Origin: Eledone cirrhosa
Taxonomy: Eukaryota
Direction: 5' to 3'
Assembly (NCBI GenBank): GCA_964016885.1
Contig: OZ024740.1
Location: forward strand, 188,046,001-188,110,000
DNA: 64,000 nucleotides
Of the stretch, positions 27,512 through 40,520 are shown piece by piece. Both the position numbers and the translations under genes were made by a program. How positions within the stretch are numbered: the stretch's first letter is position 1; each line of letters opens with the position of its first letter. The notes below the pieces were generated by a model that worked only from the letters and a program-made list of their open reading frames with translations, made no database searches and was not told the DNA's origin.

Positions 27512-28945
27512 GATGCACTAGATAGAGGAAACTATAGAGGTATAAAGCTGATGGACCAGGTCATGTAAGTAACAGAAAGAGTTATAGCACAGTTGATTAG
27601 GGACCGGGTGAAACTAGACGAGATGCAATTTGGGTTTGTACCAGGAAGAGGCACCACTGATGCCCTCTTCCTTGTCAGGCAGTTACAGGAAAAGTACCTA
27701 GCTAAAAGTAAGCCAATCTACCTGGTATTTGTCGACCTTGAGAAAGCCTTTGACAGAGTTCCACGTGCTGTAATCTGGTGGGCTCTTAGAAAACTAGGAG
27801 TAGATGAATGGCTTGTGAAAGTGGTACAAGCCATGTATAGGGGAGCAGTCAGCAAAGTTAGGATTAGCAATGAGTATAGCAAGGAATTTAGCATACAGGT
27901 TGGGGTCCACCAGGGCTCTGTTCTTAGCCCCCTCCTGTTCATCATAGTCCTGCAGGCAATAACGGAGGAGTTTAAGACCGGATGACAATGGGAACTCCTG
28001 TATGCTGATCACCTCGCACTTATAGCTGAATCTATGGTAGAACTAGAGAAGAAATTCCAAACTTGGAAGCAGGGACTAGAAAGAAAGGGTCTCAAAGTCA
28101 ACATGACAAAGACGAAGGTCCTTGTAAGTAGACGAGAAAACAGAACCCAGATCCCCTCAGGGAAATGGCCTTGCTCAGTATGTAGGAAAGGTGTAGGTAG
28201 GAACTCCATTCTCTGCCCCAAATGCAAATAATGGGTACATAAGAGATGTAGCGGGATCTCAGGAAGCTTAATTAAGAATGTAGTCTTCACATGCAGCAAC
28301 TGTGCTGGGACAGCAAGCAGCAAACAGCCACAGGAAACAAGTACCACCAATCTCTGGGACGGCTCTGTAGAAACAGTAGACAGCTTCTGCTACCTAGGTG
28401 ACCGAATTAGCAGTGGAGGTGGGTGTTCAGAAAGTACAATAACTAGGGTAAGAACGGGATGGAAGAAGTTTAGGGAACTACTACCACTGCTAGCTGCAAA
28501 AGGTTTCTCCCTCAAAATGAAAGGCAGACTGTATGATGCCTGTATCCGAACAGCAATGTTGCATGGTAGTGAGACCTGGGCGCTGAAGGTGGAAGAATTA
28601 CGTAGATTAGAGAGAAACGAAGCCTGCATGCTCCGATGGATGTGTAACAGTAATATACGCAAACGACAAAGCATAAACGAACTGAGAGAGAGACTGAGCA
28701 TAAGAGGAATCAAATGCTGTGTGCAGGAGAGGCGGTTGCGCTGGTATGGATATGTGATGCGTATGAAGGATGACAGCTGCATAAAAAGGTGCAGAGCACT
28801 GGAAGTCGTTGGAAACCGCGGAGTGGGGAGACACAAGATGACCTGGGATGAGGTGATAAAAGCCGACCTTACCCAATTACACCTCTCAAAGGCGATGACA
28901 TATGACCATGACCTCTGGCGTCATGCAGCAATACAGAGTATCTGA
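27512..28945 (+). pseudogene. RTE reverse transcriptase pseudogene with PHD-finger insert
   Basis: In-frame stops at 27566, 27983 and 28229; catalytic YADD is YADH (28001-28012); no frameshift; C4HC3 finger at 28172-28303. Confidence 0.9.
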
Positions 28946-29260
28946 CCTCCCATGGGTACAAGCTGAAGCATATAGACAATATGCCCCCACACCCCCACTG
29001 CAAGGTGGTCGTGGAGGTGCTACGGCAAACAAGCACCCAGCCCACACTGTAAAGTGGACGTGTAGGCGCCACGAAAAAGCACCCAGCACTCACTGTAAAT
29101 GAGGTTGGTGTTAGGAAGGGCATCCAGCTGTAGAAATCAAGCCAAATCAGTTCCTTTATGAGCAAGGCATGGCCAGCCGACCAGACACTGCCCACAACAG
29201 GACAACCCGTCTAACCCATGCTAGCGTGGAAGAACAGACGTAAAATGGTGATGATGATGA
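27512..29260 (+). mobile_element. RTE LINE family A, 5'-truncated (RT domain, 3' UTR, (GAT)n tail)
   Basis: One reading frame 27512-28945 with RT motifs NYRGIKL, QFGF, FVDLEKAFD, GVHQGSVLSPLLF, YADH, FCYLG, then a 3' UTR ending in GATGATGATGA. Confidence 0.95.
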
Positions 29261-29324
29261 CTCCTATATTAATGAATGATCTATACAAAATATACCAATG
29301 TCAGGTTTTGAAAAATTTGGATCA

Positions 29325-29530
29325 GAGCATGCGGCTTTATGGTTTAGAGAGTTGGATTTGCAATAATGAAGAAGCTAGTTCAATTCCTGGACAAAACGAT
29401 GTGATATGTCCTTCAGCAAGACATTTTATTTTACATTGCTCTCTTTGACAGGACTTGCAGCAGGTAGATAGTATCAGCAATGGAAAGACCATTGCTTCCT
29501 TAGTCTGATTTGATGAGTTCCACCTCACTC
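29325..29530 (+). mobile_element. tRNA-derived SINE (family S2)
   Basis: TGGTTTAGAG...AGTTCAATTCC...GTCCTTCAGCAAGACATTTTATTTTACATTGCTC; 3' part shared with 37620-37700 and 44575-44660. Confidence 0.6.
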
Positions 29531-30464
29531 TATATGAGACCTTGTGGATTGATACTTTATAGTCCTTTTATAATAGATACTCTCTTAAATATAACTATTA
29601 CACTTTTTAAGATTATGCTGTAATGGTCATTTAAATTTTTTTTTTACTTTTGAAAGGTTATATTACTTTTGGAATAATTGATCCTGCAGTAACATGATCC
29701 GGATTTCAAATAAGTAATTGTTTTGTTGTTGATTCACAGTAATTTCCAAAAACAAAATTATTTAAAAACTTCTCCAATGAAAGTGAAATTTTAAAAGTTG
29801 ACATTTCTTTAGTAATAGTGTTTCTTATTGAATAATGCAAATTCAATGTTTGTGTAATGGAATTTCACTGCAATGAATACTGGATTAGAATGCAACAGGT
29901 TATCAATAGTTCTCTAATTAAAACAATTTATTAAAGTCATGGTTTAAAAGTATAAATGACAATACATCTTCCTTTGATGTTAAATTAAATTTCACATTTA
30001 TTTTTTATTGGAATATATATCAAAAGAAAAAAGGAAATTACACTTGAAACATTTAAATTTAAAAATATATTTATGATTATGTCCAGCACATTCTTAATAT
30101 AATGATGATAATAACCGGTTTATGTTATTAAAAACATTATAATGAAGTGCAAGCAGGTGAAATATTGCTTTTTTCATTTTCTCCTCTGAAAGTATTTAAT
30201 TTCCATACATTTCCATTTCGATAAAATACATAAACATTTAGTTAGATAAAGAAACTAAATTCAGAGAATAGAGAAATTCCTGTTATTTCATACTTTTTGT
30301 TGATTTAGTATTTATTTGTTGGCAATTTATTATTTGCAAATTTATCATTTGCAAACACTGACGAATACAAGCAGCCAAAATTTGATTCCTCTGAATGGTC
30401 ATTGGAGTAACATTACTCGATAAACTGCGTAGATCAGAGATCAAATTTAATATTGGTTTCTGAT

Positions 30465-30645
30465 TTAGGCACAATGACAACAATTTGAGAGGGGAGGAGA
30501 AAGCCAACTAAATCGACACCAATGTGTTACTGATACTTTATTTTATTGACCCCACAAGGATGAAAGGCAAAGCTAACCTCAGAAAGATTTGAACTGATAA
30601 TGTAAAGAGAGGTTACTATATGCTGCAAAGCATGTTGTCCATGGC
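30465..30645 (-). mobile_element. tRNA-derived SINE (family S1)
   Basis: Homologous to 8848-9020. Confidence 0.7.
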
Positions 30646-32177
30646 ACAAATTTAAAATTGAAAGTTTATAAAGATTATAATCTGATCAAATTTATTAAAG
30701 ATATATTATTTATAAAAATCACCATATCTTTATACATAACTTTTGGACTACGGGCACAAATTAACAATCAACAAGAAAGCTGAAACATGTCTGCTCATTT
30801 TGCCAGTTGACATTGAACCAGATTCATTCCAATTCACAATCTCTATATTGTCAAAGAATCTCAATCATCCACTTTTGTTGTAGATATCTCCTTTACTTGT
30901 TGGTCTTAGATTTTAAATATCTGAGAATGAGTTTCTCACATTACTATATTACATATGTGAGACTCTAGCATATTTATATTTAATACACAGAATGCCACCC
31001 TCTACATTATTTGCCCATTACCATATTTTTGTTACATAGTTTCAAGAGAAATTATGAACCGGTTGAAATCAATAACAAGGATTTTATGCTTTTTTACTAT
31101 GGATTTGCTACTATAAATAACATTAGATTGAGTATTTTCATCTTTCCTTTTTGGCCTTCTTTAAAATTGTCATTGGTATTATATAAGATATCTTATATTT
31201 GGAGAAGAAAGTAAATAATGAGTAGACATGACAATGAGAAGAAATCTTTCATATAGTTTTCATACACCTTTTAAAATTTAGAAAAGTGTTTTAAGAGTTT
31301 GAAAATAAGATGATTTTAACTATGATATATTTAATTAAATTTTATCTAAGAGATAGTCTATAATTACTTTTAATTATTCTGTAATTAAAAGTTGATGAAT
31401 GCATAAAGAATTTCAATAACTAATTAAGGATATTCGTTCAATTTCAGCAAAAAAGTTAGGAAGCATCAGTATATTTTAGTATAGTGCATTAGAAATGTCT
31501 ATAATTAAAGAACTATTTAACATAAGCTTGCCTTCAAAAGCAATGCCAAAGTTTGACTCATACTTTATATGGGAGGGTACTTTCAGATTAGAGATAAGCA
31601 TGTGTGCATACATGTATCATCATCATCAATATCTGTTTTCTGTGATACAAACTGAGTATTTAGTTGAAGCAACTAACATCTCAGACACGCTGTGTCTTGC
31701 TTATATACCTTATCGTACTCTACAAAATATACTGAGTACATGTTATTGCAACCCAAGCACTAGGAACTTTGTGGGTCCTCTTGACAATTTGGCAAGTTTT
31801 TTCTAGCTAGAATCCCTTCCTACCCGCAACTATTTTAAGTGATTCAAGAAAAATAGCTTTATTTTTTAAGCTTCCCTTTTATTTAGCTATTTTATATACT
31901 GCTACAAACTTGTATAAAACCTGAGAAAAACTGAGGTTATATTTTCTGAGTTTGAATTATTATGGTGTTTTTCGCATTTCAAAATGTATTCATTCCATGT
32001 TCAGATAAATTCTTTAAAATGTAGAAACTTTTACTTATAATCAAGGAGAAATGTTGCTTTGAATTATGTGCTCATATTTCCAAGTGAAAGTTTTGAATTT
32101 CAGCTCTATTTCATATGAAGTATTATATTTAGTTTCCCTTCTCAGTTAGGTTTTTGGTTCCATTTCTTAAATAATGT

Positions 32178-32575
32178 GCTCACAAATACCAGTGGCCGAA
32201 ATGGGATTCCTCCTCCAAAGTGTCTTTGGAGTAATACTACTTGATAAAGTACATAACTTGAAGATCAGGGAGTCACTTCAGGTAGAGCTGCTACATCTCT
32301 GAATTTGATAGATCACTGCTCCGATACTATGGGCATGTAGTTAAAATGTTTCAGAAAAGAATCACTGGACAGATTTTACAGGCAAAACCAACCAGCAAGA
32401 GACACTCGGGTAGAACCCAAGGAAGATGGCTGGATAACGTCTATGAGCTAGGCTAGTCACACTTGGGGATCTAGCCAGATCATTTAGAGATGGTTGCTTC
32501 TGACAGGATCCACTGGAAGGAGTGTTTGAGGACTGTGACTCCACAACCCTTTCAGGAATAAGTGGGTGAAGAAGA
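32178..32575 (+). mobile_element. Old RTE family C fragment (C-terminal coding region)
   Basis: Nucleotide similarity to 52715-52970 (CAAATAC.AGT.G..GAAA..GG.TTCCTCC...GATCAG.GAGTCACT.CAG.TAGAGCT). Confidence 0.65.
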
Positions 32576-34319
32576 TAAAGTTGCCAAGATTTTCAGGCAC
32601 CACCATATTCATTATATAATTATTAAAATTCCTTTACAACAATCTCATGTAAATTCTGGTTTATTGTATTTAGAAATAGCATCTGCCATTGTATACATGT
32701 TTTCTTCTTGTTCATCATACAATGCTACTCATCTGACAACTTGTAAAATAGAATAAAAATGATTGATAATGATCTGTTTAAATAATAGGCTGATCTTTAT
32801 CCTAAATTGTAGGTGCATATAAATCTTTACAGATGAACATGAAAACACTAAGAATGAATTATCATGCTTATTCATAAAACATGTATGTTCAAAAAAAGAA
32901 AACATTTCATTTCTAAGAAATTGTCACTTCTATGATTTACTATTGCTCTTGTATGCTAAACAAATATTACCAGAAAGTCAAATCCACGACATATATTTAT
33001 AACTTAAGAAGAACTAAACATATTTTGTATGATCTTATTTTACATAGTGTGAAATGAAATGCATCAAATAAAAAGAGTAGTACTTGATTGCTTTGCCAAA
33101 CAATTGAGGGTATGGTATTATATTGAAATAAATGGTCAAATGCACTGACATTGATGTTGGTGCCCTAGCTTTTTCCTAATTTGGATCATTCAGTATCGAA
33201 TGTAAAATTTGTTTATATAAATATTAGCATTATTCAACACTTTAGGAAAATATTGAGAATTGTGACTTGACCTGAGGAATTTTTCTGTAAACCATCTTAG
33301 ATTAAATCAAGCAGCTAAATGAAAAGAAAATGATAATTTAGAAAGATAAACTTTAAAAGGATGAAAATGATAGCAGAGGAAAATATAGTGGCAGTGCCTA
33401 ATACTAATGAATGAGATCATTAGGAGGAACAAATAGAAATGTTGGTTATATTAGTGCCATATCATTTATTTTGATCCTCATAAATGGAATAAAGCAATAT
33501 AACATGAAAATAACCCAAGAAAATTACAAAATGGCTGTTTGTTGATGAAATTATATTGAGAAAGGCAATGAAATTAAATGAGAATTATTTGGAAATCAAT
33601 CAAAATTGTGTATGTTTTTCCCTATGTAAAGAGAACTTTATTTTTAAAACAAATTAACTAGATGGTTTACTAACTACACAACAAATGAATATGTTGCCAG
33701 GTAATTGATTGTTGTTAAAGTAACATTTCAAGAAACCTGAGTAAGAAAAAAGAAGACAAAATTATTTTGTCAAAGCACATTTTTATTTATGAATTACAAT
33801 TTAATGTTCTTCAAATTACATCAGGCATTAAACAATGTAAGCCTTTACTAATGTTCATAATTGAAAATAACCTAATCTCGAATGATGAAGATATGATAAT
33901 CTAAATGGTTTTAAATTTTTTTATTTATTTATGATGAAGTTAGGCAAGAATATATTTGCATCAGCATATTAATTTCTACTGATGATATATTGCACTCAAG
34001 TAGATTGAGAAATTATCAAGATATCAGGATTGTAAAGTAGAAATGAAACATTTATAGGGTATGAATATGGAAACTGAGCACATTACATTATGATTAAATT
34101 AGAAGTAATTACAAGCAGAGAAACAATATTCTTGACATCCTCCATTTGACTTCATAACAAAATTAATCCGCATTATTAGGCATAATATCAGTATGTACGG
34201 CCTTTGCTTAAATAGAATATATTGACACAAAACACATTATATACAATTTAGTCACATTGTGTTAAGCATGGTACTTCAATGGAAAAAGTATTAAGAAAAG
34301 AGATATTGATGAGGATAAT

Positions 34320-34542
34320 AATAATTGTTTCTACTCTTGGCACAAGACCAGCAATTTGAAGGAGAGGAGGAAAGTCGATTGAATTGACCCCTATGCATTA
34401 CTGGTACATTATTTCATTTATCCTGTAAGGATAAGGGCTAAGCTAATCTCAGCAGGATTTGAACTCAGAATGTAAAGAGACCGAAATAAATGCTACAAAG
34501 CATTTTGTCCAATGTTCGAATGATTTTTTCCAATCCACTGCC
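34320..34542 (-). mobile_element. tRNA-derived SINE (family S1)
   Basis: GGATTTGAACTCAG B-box complement and S1 body. Confidence 0.7.
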
Positions 34543-34717
34543 CTAATAATAAACAAGAACAACAATAATAATAATAACAATCTCAATTATATTTCTTAAA
34601 TATGCGAGAAACACACATTTTGGGTTCATTGAATAAGCAATCAGAAGTATTCTAATGCCACACCAATTCAATAACTTAATCCTCTTTATTAAGGTACTTA
34701 AACTATTGCAATATATG

Positions 34718-35003
34718 GTACCCAACCTCCCATGGGTACAAGCTAAAGCATATAGACAATATGCCCCCTCACTCTCCCACTGCAAGGTGGTGGTGGAGGT
34801 GCCACGGCAAAAAAGCACCCAGCCCACACTGTAAATGAGGTTGGTGTTAGGAATGGCATCCAGCTGTAGAAATCAAGCCAGAATCAGTCCCTGTATGAGC
34901 AAGGCATGGTCAGCCGGCCAGACACTGCCCACAACAGGACAACCCATCTAACCCATGCTAGCATGGAAGAACGGATGTAAAACGGTGATGATGATGATGA
35001 TGA
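34718..35003 (+). mobile_element. RTE family A 3' UTR fragment
   Basis: Homologous to 28940-29260 but lacking one internal ~46-bp unit; (GAT)n tail. Confidence 0.9.
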
Positions 35004-35016
35004 ATGCCTATTTTTA

Positions 35017-35200
35017 ATAATTGTTTCTACTTTTGGTACAAGGCCAGCAATTACCCAGTACATTACTGGTACTTTATTTTATCGACCCCGTAAGGATGAA
35101 AGGCAAAATTAACCTCACCGGGATTTGAACTCAGACCGTAATGAGACGTAACTATGCTGGAAAGCATGGCGTCCAACTCTCTACCGATACTGCAAATTCA
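35017..35200 (-). mobile_element. tRNA-derived SINE (family S1)
   Basis: Highly similar to 8848-9020 and 49541-49737. Confidence 0.8.
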
Positions 35201-36399
35201 CCTATTTTTAATAATGTAGGAGAACTTAATGAGAACAACAAAGTACTTTTTCAACTTGAGTCTGATATGTATTCTTTTTGGGAGGTACATATTTCAAGCA
35301 TTAAATACTATAGAACTTCATTTTTCCATGGTATGCCTATTTCCCACAATTAAAGTATTCTCAAAATTAGACCAGGTTTTCTAAATATCATTGAGTGAGA
35401 AGCAAACTCAAACACCTCTTATCAAATAAAATATGACAGTTGATATGGGTGGAAATATCTGGAAATCCCAAAATGACTCTTAGTTTTGAAATGAACAAAT
35501 TTTCAAAATGTTCTTATTTCAATTAAAATATGTAAAGTGAATGATGTATAAAAGAAAAGGAAAATTATTGCAAAATGTATGTAACTGAAAAAGTTGATAA
35601 TGTTTGATATGGTTATTGGTCATTAAAATTAATAATAATTTAATGGGTCAAATGTTTTAAGAGACAAAAAGATTTTTTAGGAAATTACAAAATTACATGC
35701 TCCAAATACAGAGAAGTAAAATATTACAAAGTTATCTTAAGTTACATTGAAGAAATATAAATAACATTGAAAAATATTTATAATGTTATTTAATGTTTAT
35801 TTTCAAGATGGTTATAACTATGTAAACTACATAATCATTTTTCTACAAAATGGATCATGGGAAGTGTTGGCTCTTGTGATTTGTATAGACACATTACATA
35901 CAGAGATTGGTTTCAGTTAGAAATAAAAGTAAAATTAGAAATTTCATTGATTAATATATAATGTTACAATAGAGTTTATTTTTCTTTTAAATAGTTGTTA
36001 ATGTATTCAAGTTTCATTGTCCATAACCATTTGACACCTTCCTATTCTGGAGGTTAGTGGCAAATAAAGTTATTTCTGTTATGTGATTAAAAATAGAGGG
36101 CCATTGAATTGTATTTCAGCAGCAAAGTGCTTAATATGGGACTGGAGAGAATGTGACACAATAAAAATGACAGGTGGCCTATTACATCATTTCATCAATT
36201 AAATGTGTGTATTTAAAATAAGTCATCAGCAAAAAAATTTCCCTTCCAGTTGAATTGCTTCCACTCCAATACACAACTGCTATTTTCTTGACAATTTTAT
36301 CCACCAACACCTCTCTGCATTGAATATTATGTTCTGTAACTAAACAGTGTGTGTGGATCAATATTTTTTGCTTTGAAGATATTGTTTTACTACTGGAAG

Positions 36400-36400
<1 letters not shown>

Positions 36401-36430
<30 letters not shown>

Positions 36431-36448
36431 CTTCTTCTTCTTCTTCTT

Positions 36449-36539
<91 letters not shown>
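36401..36539. repeat. Compound microsatellite (CTT)n(ATT)n
   Basis: Pure trinucleotide runs. Confidence 0.97.
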
Positions 36540-36540
<1 letters not shown>

Positions 36541-37494
36541 AATAATGGTAATATTAATGAAGCAAGAATATTATTAAACTTAAATTATAGAATAACAATT
36601 TTATTAAACTTAAGAATATATAAAATAGTTTTCAACATAATTTGAACCATTGCATGTAGGTAATGGCAACCATACAAATCAATGGATAATGATTAATCCT
36701 TAGTAACCTTATGGACACACATAGCTTAAATATACTGGTTTTCAACAGGGAAATTGACTGGGTCATAAATTTAAACAACAGCTCATTGAACCATCCTCTG
36801 ATATGCTATTATGTCCTGCTCATCATCATTAATATTTTAGCGTTCTTTCATGCATGCATGGAGTTGAAGGGTGTGCCTATCTGAGCTGTATGCTACTTTC
36901 AGTTATCCATTGTTCAGGCACAAGATAAATTGAACATGTGGTACCATTATGTGTATAGGAGCATAGATAATTGGTGCAGTGGAAGAATCCAAGCCTGAAT
37001 GCAACATTACTTTTAAGATATCTGGCAAAATTTTGATAGCAAAAGTGAGATAAGTCTTTGAAAATTAGCTGCTTTTGTGATTCCATACTTTCTATGTTGA
37101 TCCACCAGGGGAGCTATTTATCGACACAATTAAGCAATATGATATAGCAAGTCGTAGAACCATCATTTCTCTCATATCTCAGAGATGCTAGACAATGAGT
37201 AATAGCCATGAAACCTGTTACCTGAAGAAAGCATATATGAAAATGTTAGTAATCAATAACATATCCTGTGTTATTAGACAACAAGCACAGTAATTTATAT
37301 AGCTATGAATATTTCACCTCCAGGTCCTAATTGACAGTAATCATTATATCTAAGTAAGACAACAATGTTAAAAAAACAACTCAGAGTAAATATTTTCTTT
37401 AGTTCAATACAATGGACATTGTTGTATTAGATATGAAGCAGTGTGCAAGTATTATATTTTTATTGAATTGGTCGATGGTTGTACATGTGCCAGT

Positions 37495-37700
37495 GAAGGT
37501 GCGGGACTTAGTGGTTGCAGAATCAGATTCAGAATCATGAGCTTGTGAATTCGATTCCAGGCTGGGATACATGTTGTGTCCTTATGCTTTATTTCACGTT
37601 GCTTCTTCTACCAGGAGTTGAAATTGGGAGATATTATCAACAATTGGAAAGACAAATGGAACCATTATTTGCTTCTGTCTGATCTGATGAGTTTCACCTC
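37495..37700 (+). mobile_element. tRNA-derived SINE (family S2)
   Basis: CTTAGTGGTT A-box-like, AATTCGATTCC B-box-like, then GTTGTGTCCTT...TTTATTTCACGTTGCT. Confidence 0.6.
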
Positions 37701-38600
37701 AGTTAGGAAGTGAGTAAGATCTGGGATCTTGTTGTTCATTCCTGGTAGTGGTTGTAGTATATCATGTGCCAGTGATGTATTGAAATATATTTGTACATGA
37801 CTTAGATTTAAAACTAATGGTGATTTATTTACCATTTTTATGAATAAATCTCTAGTTTGAAGTGATTATTTTGAATTAATACAATGTTTAATACAATCTG
37901 TTTGTTGCCAAGGGAGAATAAAAAAACAACAACAGAACTCGCAGAAAAAGATATTAATAATGACAGATTAGGTGTGATATGTAGATAAGAAACTTTGGTG
38001 AAGAATTTGGTGTTGAAATGGGTTAGCTATATTGATATAAATGCTGTAATAGATAAGGAATTTTGTAATAACAATATAAGTGTAGCCTTTGTGGATGGGG
38101 TTGTTGTTTAACACAACATTGGGGTATTGGTACTGAACATTCAAAATGTTTCAGGGTCAGCTCTCAAAATCAATATAGATCACAAAGTTTAGTTTAGTAA
38201 AAAAAAAAAAAAAAAAAACTATTGTAAAAGGTAGTATTAAGTATAATTCTGGAATGAACAGATATTTAATTTCCCGAATATTATATAGATGTGTGGAGTA
38301 GTAGTACTATAGTTCTATCAGTAGAATACATTTTCTCAGAACATATAAGCATTTTTTTAAAGATTGAATGAAATATATGACTTTCATCATTTTGGAAAAT
38401 AATTGATGCTTGGCTTTTGTTTTACTAATAACATAAAATAAATCCAGATTTAGATTTTAGATGTATTCTCTATGCAACTTAGAACATTATATTACTTAAA
38501 TATTGAAATAAATGAAAATTTCAAATGTTTCGCTGATATATATAAGATATTGAAATTATACTTAAGTAATAGAAGTCTTCAAAGTGTAATAAGCTTTTAT

Positions 38601-39866
38601 ATCATCATCATCATCATCAACGTTTAACGTCCGTGTTCCACGCTTGCATGGGTTTGGACGGGGGTTTTCCCACTTGAGGCAAGAGTGGTTGTCTTGCTCG
38701 CATAGGACTGTCTGGCGGGTTTTCTACAGCTGGATGCCCTTCCTAACACCAACCACATTTACAGTGTGGGGCTGGGAGGTTTTTACCGTGTTGCCTACAC
38801 GGCCACATTTACAGCGTGGACTGTGTGTTTTTTTGTCATGACACCTAAACGATCTCATTTGTTTTGGCCTGGATGTTGTGGCACCAACATAACTTTACAT
38901 TGAAAGGGGCGGTGTGGATGGGGGGGGATGTTTTGATAGAGATGCCTACTGACTGTAGTAGGTTTTACTTTGTATTTAGGTAAGGCGGGTCTTCTCTATT
39001 ACTGAGTACCGCCAAAGGTCTCGGTCCAGTGACATTGTCTTGGAGAGGTGTAAGCGTGTGAGGTCGGAATTTATCATGTCGTCCCAGGTTTTTCTGGGTC
39101 TGCCTACTCCGTGGCTACCGTCTATCTTTATTGCCCTGCACTTTGTTATACAGCTGTCGTCTTTCATGCGCATCACATGACCATACCAACGTAGCCTTCT
39201 CTCGAGTAAACAACATCTGATCCCTGTTATTTCTAATTTTTTCCTTAGTTCGTTTATGCTTAGCCGTTCACGTATATTACTATTGCACATCCAGCGGAGC
39301 ATGCAAGCTTCGTTCCTCTCTAGTCTGCGTATATCCTCTGCACACAATGCCCAGGTCTCACTGCCATGCAGCATTGCTGTTCGTATGCAGGCATCGTATA
39401 ACCTGCCTTTCATTTTTAGGGAGAACACTTTAGCGGCTAATAGTGGTATAAGCTCTCTGAACTTTTTCCATCCAGTTCTGACTCTAGCTACTGTACTTTC
39501 AGAGCACCCTCCCCCACTGCTGATTTTGTCACCCAGGTAACGGAAGCTGTCCACTATTTCTATAGAGCCCTCTGCGCAATTGAAAGAGCTAGTATGTTGT
39601 GGGCACTTGCTGCTACTTATTGCACCAGAGCACCGGCCACATGTAAAATCTATGTTCTTAGTTAGCTTACCTGTGATTCCACTACATCTTTTATGCACAC
39701 ATACTTTGCATTTGGGACATAAAATGGAGTTTCTACCTACGCCTTTCCTACACACTGAGCATGGCCATTTCCCGGAAGGGACCACCGCCTTATTTTCTTT
39801 CCTACAAACTAGAACTTTAGTCTTAGCCAGGTTAATTTTAAGGTCTTTAGATTCTAGGCCGTGCTT

Positions 39867-39869
<3 letters not shown>
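38601..39869 (-). mobile_element. RTE LINE family B, 5'-truncated; C-terminal ~300 codons still open
   Basis: ORF 38976-39869 (WKHGLE...PHD...FRYLGD...RRLRWYGHV...GRPRKTW); 3' UTR distinct from family A; (CAT)n tail; 5' end abuts (TA)n. Confidence 0.95.
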
Positions 39870-39919
<50 letters not shown>

Positions 39920-40315
39920 GTGTATCTGTGTGCGGGTGTGGGTGTGTGTGTGTTGATACTTCTTTTATCATTCCATTACTCCGTAATTAAATTGATTGTC
40001 TAAACAGCACTTATTCAATATATTGTTTTCATCTTATGAATTCTGGGATTTTCATATTTCTTTAATGTTACGATATATAAGAGCTGCAACTACATTAAAA
40101 TATTTTCAACATTGAATATTTTTGGCAGCAAATTTCCTGGGAAATATATAAGGGGAAGGTAATGTTATGATATTGCCAGAAATATATAATAAAACACATT
40201 CATTTCTGGCAATATAATAACATCATGACCCTCCCTAAATATAACAATATTTATTTCAACACACGATTTCATATAAAAAATCTTGCAAAATAAATTCATA
40301 TAGATACATACATAA

Positions 40316-40356
<41 letters not shown>

Positions 40357-40368
40357 TATATATATAGA

Positions 40369-40462
40369 AGTGGTAGCACAACAATTGTTCTCGGTATGGT
40401 GAACTAACTGCTGTGTTACTACTTCTACCAAACTCATCCGATGGACTGAGTGCTCTACCACT
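40369..40462 (-). ncRNA. Degenerate hammerhead-like island between microsatellites
   Basis: Minus strand: AGTGGTAGAGCAC...CGGATGA-GTTTGGT...ACCATAC-C-GAGA-ACAATTGT-T-GTGCTACCACT. Long stem I and palindromic stem III, core mutated. Confidence 0.35.
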
Positions 40463-40520
40463 ATGGATATTACCATCCAGTGTTCTATCTCTCTCTCTCT
40501 ATATATATATATACATACAC

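Noticed and set aside
28390-28836. Antisense ORFs over RTE copies (also 23875-24363, 39256-39990, 55040-55444)
   Set aside because: Shadow frames of the RT coding sequence; recurrence reflects copy homology.
36349-36645. Poly-S/Y and poly-F/L ORFs
   Set aside because: Translation of the (CTT)n(ATT)n microsatellite.
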